Assembly: GCA_964057225.1 (NCBI GenBank)
Contig: OZ059894.1
Span: forward strand, 23,808,001-23,872,000
Origin: Auanema rhodensis
Lineage: Eukaryota > Animalia > Nematoda
Reading direction: 5' to 3'
Length of the DNA stretch: 64,000 nt
Below the pieces are notes generated by a model. That model was given only the letters and a program-made list of their open reading frames with translations. It ran no database searches and was not told where the DNA came from. Both the position numbers and the translations under genes were made by a program. Each line of letters opens with the position of its first letter. Position 1 is the stretch's first letter. Of the stretch, positions 1-12,300 are shown one piece after another.

Positions 1-176
1 TTTATGCTAATTAAATGTACACGTGATGTGCACTTGGTATGTAACTCGCTTCACGTGAAAGATAAAGAGATGCGGTTTTCAAAATTAGATTCCCCATGTC
101 CATATTAGTCTAAAAACAAATTTTTATTGATATTGGTTCATGGTAACCATGACCTTGGAATTTACGTGAACTTTAA
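1..176 (+). repeat. Reference monomer (first full 176-bp unit)
   Basis: Next unit starts at 177. This copy has two differences from consensus (GACCTTGGAA vs GACTTTGAAA). Confidence 0.97.
20..59. promoter_or_regulatory. E-box cluster in nearly every monomer: CACGTG (20-25), CACTTG (31-36), TTCACGTGAA (50-59); putative bHLH sites
   Basis: The motifs are seen directly. CANNTG/CACGTG is the established bHLH/bHLH-ZIP site. Binding here is untested. Confidence 0.35.
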
Positions 177-2288
177 TTTATGCTAATTAAATGTACACGT
201 GATGTGCACTTGGTATGTAACTCGCTTCACGTGAAAGATAAAGAGATGCGGTTTTCAAAATTAGATTCCCCATGTCCATATTAGTCTAAAAACAAATTTT
301 TATTGATATTGGTGCATGGTAACCATGACTTTGAAATTTACGTGAACTTTAATTTATGCTAATTAAATGTACACGTGATGTGCACTTGGTATGTAACTCG
401 CTTCACGTGAAAGATAAAGAGATGCGGTTTTCAAAATTAGATTCCCCATGTCCATATTAGTCTAAAAACAAATTTTTATTGATATTGGTGCATGGTAACC
501 ATGACTTTGAAATTTACGTGAACTTTAATTTATGCTAATTAAATGTACACGTGATGTGCACTTGGTATGTAACTCGCTTCACGTGAAAGATAAAGAGATG
601 CGGTTTTCAAAATTAGATTCCCCATGTCCATATTAGTCTAAAAACAAATTTTTATTGATATTGGTTCATGGTAACCATGACTTTGGAATTTACGTGAACT
701 TTAATTTATGCTAATTAAATGTACACGTGATGTGCACTTGGTATGTAACTCGCTTCACGTGAAAGATAAAGAGATGCGGTTTTCCAAATTAGATTCCCCA
801 TGTCCATATTAGTCTAAAAACAAATTTTTATTGATATTGGTGCATGGTAACCATGACTTTGAAATTTACGTGAACTTTAATTTATGCTAATTAAATGTAC
901 ACGTGATGTGCACTTGGTATGTAACTCGCTTCACGTGAAAGATAAAGAGATGCGGTTTTTAAAATTAGATTCCCCATGTCCATATTAGTCTAAAAACAAA
1001 TTTTTATTGATATTGGTTCATGGTAACCATGACTTTGAAATTTACGTGAACTTTGATTTATGCTAATTAAATGTACACGTGATGTGCACTTGGTATGTAA
1101 CTCGCTTCACGTGAAAGATAAAGAGATGCGGTTTTCAAAATTAGATTCCCCATGTCCATATTAGTCTAAAAACAAATTTTTATTGATATTGGTGCATGGT
1201 AACCATGACTTTGAAATTTACGTGAACTTTAATTTATGCTAATTAAATGTACACGTGATGTGCACTTGGTATGTAACTCGCTTCACGTGAAAGATAAAGA
1301 GATGCAGTTTTCAAAATTAGATTCCCCATGTACATATTAGTCTAAAAACAAATTTTTATTGATATTGGTGCATGGTAACCATGACTTTGAAATTTACGTG
1401 AACTTTAATTTATGCTAATTAAATGTACACGTGATGTGCACTTGGTATGTAACTCGCTTCACGTGAAAGATAAAGAGATGCGGTTTTCAAAATTAGATTC
1501 CCCATGTCCATATTAGTCTAAAAACAAATTTTTATTGATATTGGTGCATGGTAACCATGACTTTGAAATTTACGTGAACTTTAATTTATGCTAATTAAAT
1601 GTACACGTGATGTGCACTTGGTATGTAACTCGCTTCACGTGAAAGATAAAGAGATGCGGTTTTCAAAATTAGATTCCCCATGTCCATATTAGTCTAAAAA
1701 CAAATTTTTATTGATATTGGTTCATGGTAACCATGACTTTGAAATTTACGTGAACTTTAATTTATGCTAATTAATTGTACACGTGATGTGCACTTGGTAT
1801 GTAACTCGCTTCACGTGAAAGATAAAGAGATGCGGTTTTCAAAATTAGATTCCCTATGTCCATGTTAGTCTAAAAACAAATTTTTATTGATATTGGTTCA
1901 TGGTAACCATGACTTTGAAATTTACGTGAACTTTGATTTATGCTAATTAAATGTACACGTGATGTGCACTTGGTATGTAACTCGCTTCACGTGAAAGATA
2001 AAGAGATGCGGTTTTCAAAATAAGATTCCCCATGTCCATATTAGTCTAAAAACAAATTTTTATTGATATTGGTGCATGGTAACCATGACTTTGAAATTTA
2101 CGTGAACTTTAATTTATGCTAATTAAATGTACACGTGATGTGCACTTGGTATGTAACTCGCTTCACGTGAAAGATAAAGAGATGCGGTTTTCAAAATTAG
2201 ATTCCCCATGTCCATATTAGTCTAAAAACAAATTTTTATTGATATTGGTGCATGGTAACCATGACTTTGAAATTTACGTGAACTTTAA

Positions 2289-3520
2289 TTTATGCTAATT
2301 AAATGTACACGTGATGTGCACTTGGTATGTAACTCGCTTCACGTGAAAGATAAAGAGATGCGGTTTACAAAATTAGATTCCCCATGTCCATATTAGTCTA
2401 AAAACAAATTTTTATTGATATTGGTTCATGGTAACCATGACTTTGAAATTTACGTGAACTTTGATTTATGCTAATTAAATGTACACGTGATGTGCACTTG
2501 GTATGTAACTCGCTTCACGTGAAAGATAAAGAGATGCGGTTTTCAAAATTAGATTCCCCATGTCCATATTAGTCTAAAAACAAATTTTTATTGATATTGG
2601 TGCATGCTAACCATGTCTTTGAAATTTACGTGAACTTTAATTTATGCTAATTAAATGTACACGTGATGTGCACTTGGTATGTAACTCGCTTCACGTGAAA
2701 GATAAAGAGATGCAGTTTTCAAAATTAGATTCCCCATGTACATATTAGTCTAAAAACAAATTTTTATTGATATTGGTTCATGGTAACCATGACTTTGAAA
2801 TTTACGTGAACTTTAATTTATGCTAATTAAATGTACACGTGATGTGCACTTGGTATGTAACTCGCTTCACGTGAAAGATAAAGAGATGCGGTTTACAAAA
2901 TTAGATTCCCCATGTCCATATTAGTCTAAAAACAAATTTTTATTGATATTGGTTCATGGTAACCATGACTTTGAAATTTACGTGAACTTTGATTTATGCT
3001 AATTAAATGTACACGTGATGTGCACTTGGTATGTAACTCGCTTCACGTGAAAGATAAAGAGATGCGGTTTTCAAAATTAGATTCCCCATGTCCATATTAG
3101 TCTAAAAACAAATTTTTATTGATATTGGTGCATGCTAACCATGTCTTTGAAATTTACGTGAACTTTAATTTATGCTAATTAAATGTACACGTGATGTGCA
3201 CTTGGTATGTAACTCGCTTCACGTGAAAGATAAAGAGATGCAGTTTTCAAAATTAGATTCCCCATGTACATATTAGTCTAAAAACAAATTTTTATTGATA
3301 TTGGTTCATGGTAACCATGACTTTGAAATTTACGTGAACTTTAATTTATGCTAATTAAATGTACACGTGATGTGCACTTGGTATGTAACTCGCTTCACGT
3401 GAAAGATAAAGAGATGCGGTTTACAAAATTAGATTCCCCATGTCCATATTAGTCTAAAAACAAATTTTTATTGATATTGGTTCATGGTAACCATGACTTT
3501 GAAATTTACGTGAACTTTGA
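2289..3520 (+). repeat. 3-monomer (528-bp) higher-order repeat x2.3, with a further copy at 4225-4752
   Basis: Order [T79A,A175G]-[G143C,A152T]-[G74A,C100A] starts at 2289, 2817, 3345 (partial) and 4225. Confidence 0.9.
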
Positions 3521-6500
3521 TTTATGCTAATTAAATGTACACGTGATGTGCACTTGGTATGTAACTCGCTTCACGTGAAAGATAAAGAGATGCGGTTTTC
3601 AAAATTAGATTCCCCATGTCCATATTAGTCTAAAAACAAATTTTTATTGATATTGGTGCATGGTAACCATGACTTTGAAATTTACGTGAACTTTGATTTA
3701 TGCTAATTAAATGTACACGTGATATGCACTTGGTATGTAACTCGCTTCACGTGAAAGATAAAGAGATGCGGTTTTCAAAATTAGATTCCCCATGTCCATA
3801 TTAGTCTAAAAACAAATTTTTATTGATATTGGTGCATGTTAACCATGACTTTGAAATTTACGTGAACTTTAATTTATGCTAATTAAATGTACACGTGATG
3901 TGCACTTGGTATGTAACTTGCTTCACGTGAAAGATAAAGTGATGCGGTTTTCAAAATTAGATTCCCCATGTCCATATTAGTCTAAAAACAAATTTTTATT
4001 GATATTGGTTCATGGTAACCATGACTTTGAAATTTACGTGAACTTTAATTTATGCTAATTAAATGTACACGTGATGTGCACTTGGTATGTAACTCGCTTC
4101 ACGTGAAAGATAAAGAGATGCGGTTTTCAAAATTTGATTCCCCATGTCCATATTAGTCTAAAAACAAATTTTTATTGATATTGGTTCATGGTAACCATGA
4201 CTTTGAAATTTACGTGAACTTTAATTTATGCTAATTAAATGTACACGTGATGTGCACTTGGTATGTAACTCGCTTCACGTGAAAGATAAAGAGATGCGGT
4301 TTACAAAATTAGATTCCCCATGTCCATATTAGTCTAAAAACAAATTTTTATTGATATTGGTTCATGGTAACCATGACTTTGAAATTTACGTGAACTTTGA
4401 TTTATGCTAATTAAATGTACACGTGATGTGCACTTGGTATGTAACTCGCTTCACGTGAAAGATAAAGAGATGCGGTTTTCAAAATTAGATTCCCCATGTC
4501 CATATTAGTCTAAAAACAAATTTTTATTGATATTGGTGCATGCTAACCATGTCTTTGAAATTTACGTGAACTTTAATTTATGCTAATTAAATGTACACGT
4601 GATGTGCACTTGGTATGTAACTCGCTTCACGTGAAAGATAAAGAGATGCAGTTTTCAAAATTAGATTCCCCATGTACATATTAGTCTAAAAACAAATTTT
4701 TATTGATATTGGTTCATGGTAACCATGACTTTGAAATTTACGTGAACTTTAATTTATGCTAATTAAATGTACACGTGATGTGCACTTGGTATGTAACTCG
4801 CTTCACGTGAAAGATAAAGAGATGCGGTTTTCAAAATTTGATTCCCCATGTCCATATTAGTCTAAAAACAAATTTTTATTGATATTGGTTCATGGTAACC
4901 ATGACTTTGAAATTTACGTGAACTTTAATTTATGCTAATTAAATGTACACGTGATGTGCACTTGGTATGTAACTCGCTTCACGTGAAAGATAAAGAGATG
5001 CGGTTTTCAAAATTAGATTCCCCATGTACATATTAGTCTAAAAACAAATTTTTATTGATATTGGTTCATGGCAACCATGACTTTGAAATTTACGTGAACT
5101 TTAATTTATGCTAATTAAATGTACACGTGATGTGCACTTGGTATGTAACTCGCTTCACGTGAAAGATAAAGAGATGCGGTTTTCAAAATTAGATTCCCCA
5201 TGTCCATATTAGTCTAAAAACAAATTTTTATTGATATTGGTGCATGGTAACCATGACTTTGAAATTTACGTGAACTTTAATTTATGCTAATTAAATGTAC
5301 ACGTGATGTGCACTTGGTATGTAACTCGCTTCACGTGAAAGATAAAGAGATGCGGTTTTCAAAATTAGATTCCCCATGTCCATATTAGTCTAAAAACAAA
5401 TTTTTATTGATATTGGTGCATGGTAACCATGACTTTGAAATTTACGTGAACTTTAATTTATGCTAATTAAATGTACACGTGATGTGCACTTGGTATGTAA
5501 CTCGCTTCACGTGAAAGATAAAGAGATGCGGTTTTCAAAATTAGATTCCCCATGTCCATATTAGTCTAAAAACAAATTTTTATTGATATTGGTTCATGGT
5601 AACCATGACTTTGAAATTTACGTGAACTTTAATTTATGCTAATTAATTGTACACGTGATGTGCACTTGGTATGTAACTCGCTTCACGTGAAAGATAAAGA
5701 GATGCGGTTTTCAAAATTAGATTCCCCATGTCCATATTAGTCTAAAAACAAATTTTTATTGATATTGGTTCATGGTAACCATGACTTTGAAATTTACGTG
5801 AACTTTAATTTATGCTAATTAAATGTACACGTGATGTGCACTTGGTATGTAACTCGCTTCACGTGAAAGATAAAGAGATGCGGTTTTCAAAATTAGATTC
5901 CCCATGTCCATATTAGTCTAAAAACAAATTTTTATTGATATTGGTGCATGGTAACCATGACTTTGAAATTTACGTGAACTTTAATTTATGCTAATTAAAT
6001 GTACACGTGATGTGCACTTGGTATGTAACTCGCTTCACGTGAAAGATAAAGAGATGCGTTTTTCAAAATTAGATTCCCCATGTCCATATTAGTCTAAAAA
6101 CAAATTTTTATTGATATTGGTGCATGGTAACCATGACTTTGAAATTTACGTGAACTTTAATTTATGCTAATTAAATGTACACGTGATGTGCACTTGGTAT
6201 GTAACTCGCTTCACGTGAAAGATAAAGAGATGCGGTTTTCAAAATTAGATTCCCCATGTCCATATTAGTCTAAAAACAAATTTTTATTGATATTGGTTCA
6301 TGGTAACCATGACTTTGAAATTTACGTGAACTTTAATTTATGCTAATTAATTGTACACGTGATGTGCACTTGGTATGTAACTCGCTTCACGTGAAAGATA
6401 AAGAGATGCGGTTTTCAAAATTAGATTCCCCATGTCCATGTTAGTCTAAAAACAAATTTTTATTGATATTGGTTCATGGTAACCATGACTTTGAAATTTA

Positions 6501-9328
6501 CGTGAACTTTGATTTATGCTAATTAAATGTACACGTGATGTGCACTTGGTATGTAACTCGCTTCACGTGAAAGATAAAGAGATGCGGTTTTCAAAATAAG
6601 ATTCCCCATGTCCATATTAGTCTAAAAACAAATTTTTATTGATATTGGTGCATGGTAACCATGACTTTGAAATTTACGTGAACTTTAATTTATGCTAATT
6701 AAATGTACACGTGATGTGCACTTGGTATGTAACTCGCTTCACGTGAAAGATAAAGAGATGCGGTTTTCAAAATTAGATTCCCCATGTCCATATTAGTCTA
6801 AAAACAAATTTTTATTGATATTGGTGCATGGTAACCATGACTTTGAAATTTACGTGAACTTTAATTTATGCTAATTAAATGTACACGTGATGTGCACTTG
6901 GTATGTAACTCGCTTCACGTGAAAGATAAAGAGATGCGGTTTTCAAAATTAGATTCCCCATGTCCATATTAGTCTAAAAACAAATTTTTATTGATATTGG
7001 TTCATGGTAACCATGACTTTGAAATTTACGTGAACTTTAATTTATGCTAATTAAATGTACACGTGATGTGCACTTGGTATGTAACTCGCTTCACGTGAAA
7101 GATAAAGAGATGCGGTTTTCAAAATTAGATTCCCCATGTCCATATTAGTCTAAAAACAAATTTTTATTGATATTGGTTCATGGTAACCATGACTTTGAAA
7201 TTTACGTGAACTTTAATTTATGCTAACTAAATGTACACGTGATGTGCACTTGGTATGTGACTCGCTTCACGTGAAAGATAAAGAGATGCAGTTTTCAAAA
7301 TTAGATTCCCCATGTACATATTAGTCTAAAAACAAATTTTTATTGATATTGGTTCATGGTAACCATGACTTTGAAATTTACGTGAACTTTAATTTATGCT
7401 AATTAAATGTACACGTGATGTGCACTTGGTATGTAACTCGCTTCACGTGAAAGATAAAGAGATGCGGTTTTCAAAATTAGATTCCCCATGTCCATATTAG
7501 TCTAAAAACAAATTTTTATTGATATTGGTTCATGGTAACCATGACTTTGAAATTTACGTGAACTTTAATTTATGCTAATTAATTGTACACGTGATGTGCA
7601 CTTGGTATGTAACTCGCTTCACGTGAAAGATAAAGAGATGCGGTTTTCAAAATTAGATTCCCCATGTCCATATTAGTCTAAAAACAAATTTTTATTGATA
7701 TTGGTTCATGGTAACCATGACTTTGAAATTTACGTGAACTTTAATTTATGCTAATTAAATGTACACGTGATGTGCACTTGGTATGTAACTCGCTTCACGT
7801 GAAAGATAAAGAGATGCGGTTTTCAAAATTAGATTCCCCATGTCCATATTAGTCTAAAAACAAATTTTTATTGATATTGGTTCATGGTAACCATGACTTT
7901 GAAATTTACGTGAACTTTAATTTATGCTAATTAAATGTACACGTGATGTGCACTTGGTATGTAACTCGCTTCACGTGAAAGATAAAGAGATGCGGTTTTC
8001 AAAATAAGATTCCCCATGTCCATATTAGTCTAAAAACAAATTTTTATTGATATTGGTGCATGGTAACCATGACTTTGAAATTTACGTGAACTTTAATTTA
8101 TGCTAATTAAATGTACACGTGATGTGCACTTGGTATGTAACTCGCTTCACGTGAAAGATAAAGAGATGCGGTTTTCAAAATTAGATTCCCCATGTCCATA
8201 TTAGTCTAAAAACAAATTTTTATTGATATTGGTGCATGGTAACCATGACTTTGAAATTTACGTGAACTTTAATTTATGCTAATTAAATGTACACGTGATG
8301 TGCACTTGGTATGTAACTCGCTTCACGTGAAAGATAAAGAGATGCGGTTTTCAAAATTAGATTCCCCATGTCCATATTAGTCTAAAAACAAATTTTTATT
8401 GATATTGGTTCATGGTTACCATGACTTTGAAATTTACGTGAACTTTGATTTATGCTAATTAAATGTACACGTGATGTGCACTTGGTATGTAACTCGCTTC
8501 ACGTGAAAGATAAAGAGATGCGGTTTTCAAAATTAGATTCCCCATGTCCATATTAGTCTAAAAACAAATTTTTATTGATATTGGTTCATGGTAACCATGA
8601 CTTTGAAATTTACGTGAACTTTAATTTATGCTAACTAAATGTACACGTGATGTGCACTTGGTATGTAACTCGCTTCACGTGAAAGATAAAGAGATGCGGT
8701 TTTCAAAATTAGATTCCCCATGTCCATGTTAGTCTAAAAACAAATTTTTATTGATATTGGTTCATGGTAACCATGACTTTGAAATTTACGTGAACTTTAA
8801 TTTATGCTAATTAAATGTACACGTGATGTGCACTTGGTATGTAACTCGCTTCACGTGAAAGATAAAGAGATGCGGTTTTCAAAATTAGATTCCCCATGTA
8901 CATATTAGTCTAAAAACAAATTTTTATTGATATTGGTGCATGGTAACCATGACTTTGAAATTTACGTGAACTTTAATTTATGCTAATTAAATGTACACGT
9001 GATGTGCACTTGGTATGTAACTCGCTTCACGTGAAAGATAAAGAGATGCGGTTTTCAAAATTAGATTCCCCATGTCCATATTAGTCTAAAAACAAATTTT
9101 TATTGATATTGGTTCATGGTAACCATGACTTTGAAATTTACGTGAACTTTGATTTATGCTAATTAAATGTACACGTGATGTGCACTTGGTATGTAACTCG
9201 CTTCACGTGAAAGATAAAGAGATGCGGTTTTCAAAATTAGATTCCCCATGTCCATATTAGTCTAAAAACAAATTTTTATTGATATTGGTTCATGGTAACC
9301 ATGACTTTGAAATTTACGTGAACTTTAA

Positions 9329-12300
9329 TTTATGCTAATTAAATGTACACGTGATGTGCACTTGGTATGTAACTCGCTTCACGTGAAAGATAAAGAGATG
9401 CGGTTTTCAAAATTAGATTCCCCATGTCCATATTAGTCTAAAAACAAATTTTTATTGATATTGGTGCATGGTAACCATGACTTTGAAATTTACGTGAACT
9501 TTAATTTATGCTAATTAAATGTACACGTGATGTGCATTTGGTATGTAACTCGCTTCACGTGAAAGATAAAGAGATGCAGTTTTCAAAATTAGATTCCCCA
9601 TGTCCATATTAGTCTAAAAACAAATTTTTATTGATATTGGTTCATGGTAACCATGACTTTGAAATTTACGTGAACTTTAATTTATGCTAATTAAATGTAC
9701 ACGTGATGTGCACTTGGTATGTAACTCGCTTCACGTGAAAGATAAAGAGATGCGGTTTTCAAAATTAGATTCCCCATGTACATATTAGTCTAAAAACAAA
9801 TTTTTATTGATATTGGTGCATGGTAACCATGACTTTGAAATTTACGTGAACTTTAATTTATGCTAATTAAATGTACACGTGATGTGCACTTGGTATGTAA
9901 CTCGCTTCACGTGAAAGATAAAGAGATGCGGTTTTCAAAATTAGATTCCCCATGTCCATATTAGTCTAAAAACAAATTTTTATTGATATTGGTGCATGGT
10001 AACCATGACTTTGAAATTTACGTGAACTTTAATTTATGCTAATTAAATGTACACGTGATGTGCATTTGGTATGTAACTCGCTTCACGTGAAAGATAAAGA
10101 GATGCGGTTTTCAAAATTAGATTCCCCATGTCCATATTAGTCTAAAAACAAATTTTTATTGATATTGGTTCATGGTAACCATGACTTTGAAATTTACGTG
10201 AACTTTAATTTATGCTAATTAATTGTACACGTGATGTGCACTTGGTATGTAACTCGCTTCACGTGAAAGATAAAGAGATGCGGTTTTCAAAATTAGATTC
10301 CCCATGTCCATGTTAGTCTAAAAACAAATTTTTATTGATATTGGTTCATGGTTACCATGACTTTGAAATTTACGTGAACTTTGATTTATGCTAATTAAAT
10401 GTACACGTGATGTGCATTTGGTATGTAACTCGCTTCACGTGAAAGATAAAGAGATGCGGTTTTCAAAATTAGATTCCCCATGTCCATATTAGTCTAAAAA
10501 CAAATTTTTATTGATATTGGTTCATGGTAACCATGACTTTGAAATTTACGTGAACTTTAATTTATGCTAATTAAATGTACACGTGATGTGCACTTGGTAT
10601 GTAACTCGCTTCACGTGAAAGATAAAGAGATGCGGTTTTCAAAATTAGATTCCCCATGTCCATGTTAGTCTAAAAACAAATTTTTATTGATATTGGTTCA
10701 TGGTAACCATGACTTTGAAATTTACGTGAACTTTAATTTATGCTAATTAATTGTACACGTGATGTGCACTTGGTATGTAACTCGCTTCACGTGAAAGATA
10801 AAGAGATGCGGTTTTCAAAATTAGATTCCCCATGTCCATATTAGTCTAAAAACAAATTTTTATTGATATTGGTTCATGGTAACCATGACTTTGAAATTTA
10901 CGTGAACTTTAATTTATGCTAATTAAATGTACACGTGATGTGCACTTGGTATGTAACTCGCTTCACGTGAAAGATAAAGAGATGCGGTTTTCAAAATTAG
11001 ATTCCCCATGTCCATATTAGTCTAAAAACAAATTTTTATTGATATTGGTTCATGGTAACCATGACTTTGAAATTTACGTGAACTTTAATTTATGCTAATT
11101 AAATGTACACGTGATGTGCACTTGGTATGTAACTCGCTTCACGTGAAAGATAAAGAGATGCGGTTTTCAAAATAAGATTCCCCATGTCCATATTAGTCTA
11201 AAAACAAATTTTTATTGATATTGGTGCATGGTAACCATGACTTTGAAATTTACGTGAACTTTAATTTATGCTAATTAAATGTACACGTGATGTGCACTTG
11301 GTATGTAACTCGCTTCACGTGAAAGATAAAGAGATGCTGTTTTCAAAATTAGATTCCCCATGTACATATTAGTCTAAAAACAAATTTTTATTGATATTGG
11401 TTCATGGTAACCATGACTTTGAAATTTACGTGAACTTTAATTTATGCTAATTAAATGTACACGTGATGTGCACTTGGTATGTAACTCGCTTCACGTGAAA
11501 GATAAAGAGATGCGGTTTTCAAAATAAGATTCCCCATGTTCATATTAGTCTAAAAACAAATTTTTATTGATATTGGTGCATGGTAACCATGACTTTGAAA
11601 TTTACGTGAACTTTAATTTATGCTAATTAAATGTACACGTGATGTGCACTTGGTATGTAACTCGCTTCACGTGAAAGATAAAGAGATGAGGTTTTCAAAA
11701 TTAGATTCCCCATGTCCATTTTAGTCTAAAAACAAATTTTTATTGATATTGGTGCATGGTAACCATGACTTTGAAATTTACGTGAATTTTGATTTATGCT
11801 AATTAAATGTACACGTGATGTGCACTTGGTATGTAACTCGCTTCACGTGAAAGATAAAGAGATGCGGTTTTCAAAATAAGATTCCCCATGTCCATATTAG
11901 TCTAAAAACAAATTTTTATTGATATTGGTGCATGGTAACCATGACTTTGAAATTTACGTGAACTTTAATTTATGCTAATTAAATGTACACGTGATGTGCA
12001 CTTGGTATGTAACTCGCTTCACGTGAAAGATAAAGAGATGCGGTTTTCAAAATTAGATTTCCCATGTCCATATTAGTCTAAAAACAAATTTTTATTGATA
12101 TTGGTGCATGGTAACCATGACTTTGAAATTTACGTGAACTTTAATTTATGCTAATTAAATGTACACGTGATGTGCACTTGGTATGTAACTCGCTTCACGT
12201 GAAAGATAAAGTGATGCGGTTTTCAAAATTAGATTCCCCATGTCCATATTAGTCTAAAAACAAATTTTTATTGATATTGGTTCATGGTAACCATGACTTT

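Noticed and set aside
49-75. CENP-B box
   Set aside because: The required TTCG....A..CGGG core is absent on both strands. CTTCACGTG(A/G)AAG is only superficially similar.
111-126. Intrinsic terminator
   Set aside because: The stem is A/T-only with no upstream gene, in a eukaryote-type satellite context.
1-176. Assignment to a known satellite (alpha satellite, Arabidopsis CEN178, Brassica CentBr, other ~176-bp families)
   Set aside because: Only the length is similar. I recognise no sequence match from memory, so a BLAST/Dfam/Repbase search is needed.
1-176. 5S rRNA, tRNA or snRNA tandem gene array
   Set aside because: 68% AT with no recognisable 5S or tRNA sequence, A/B/C boxes or cloverleaf.
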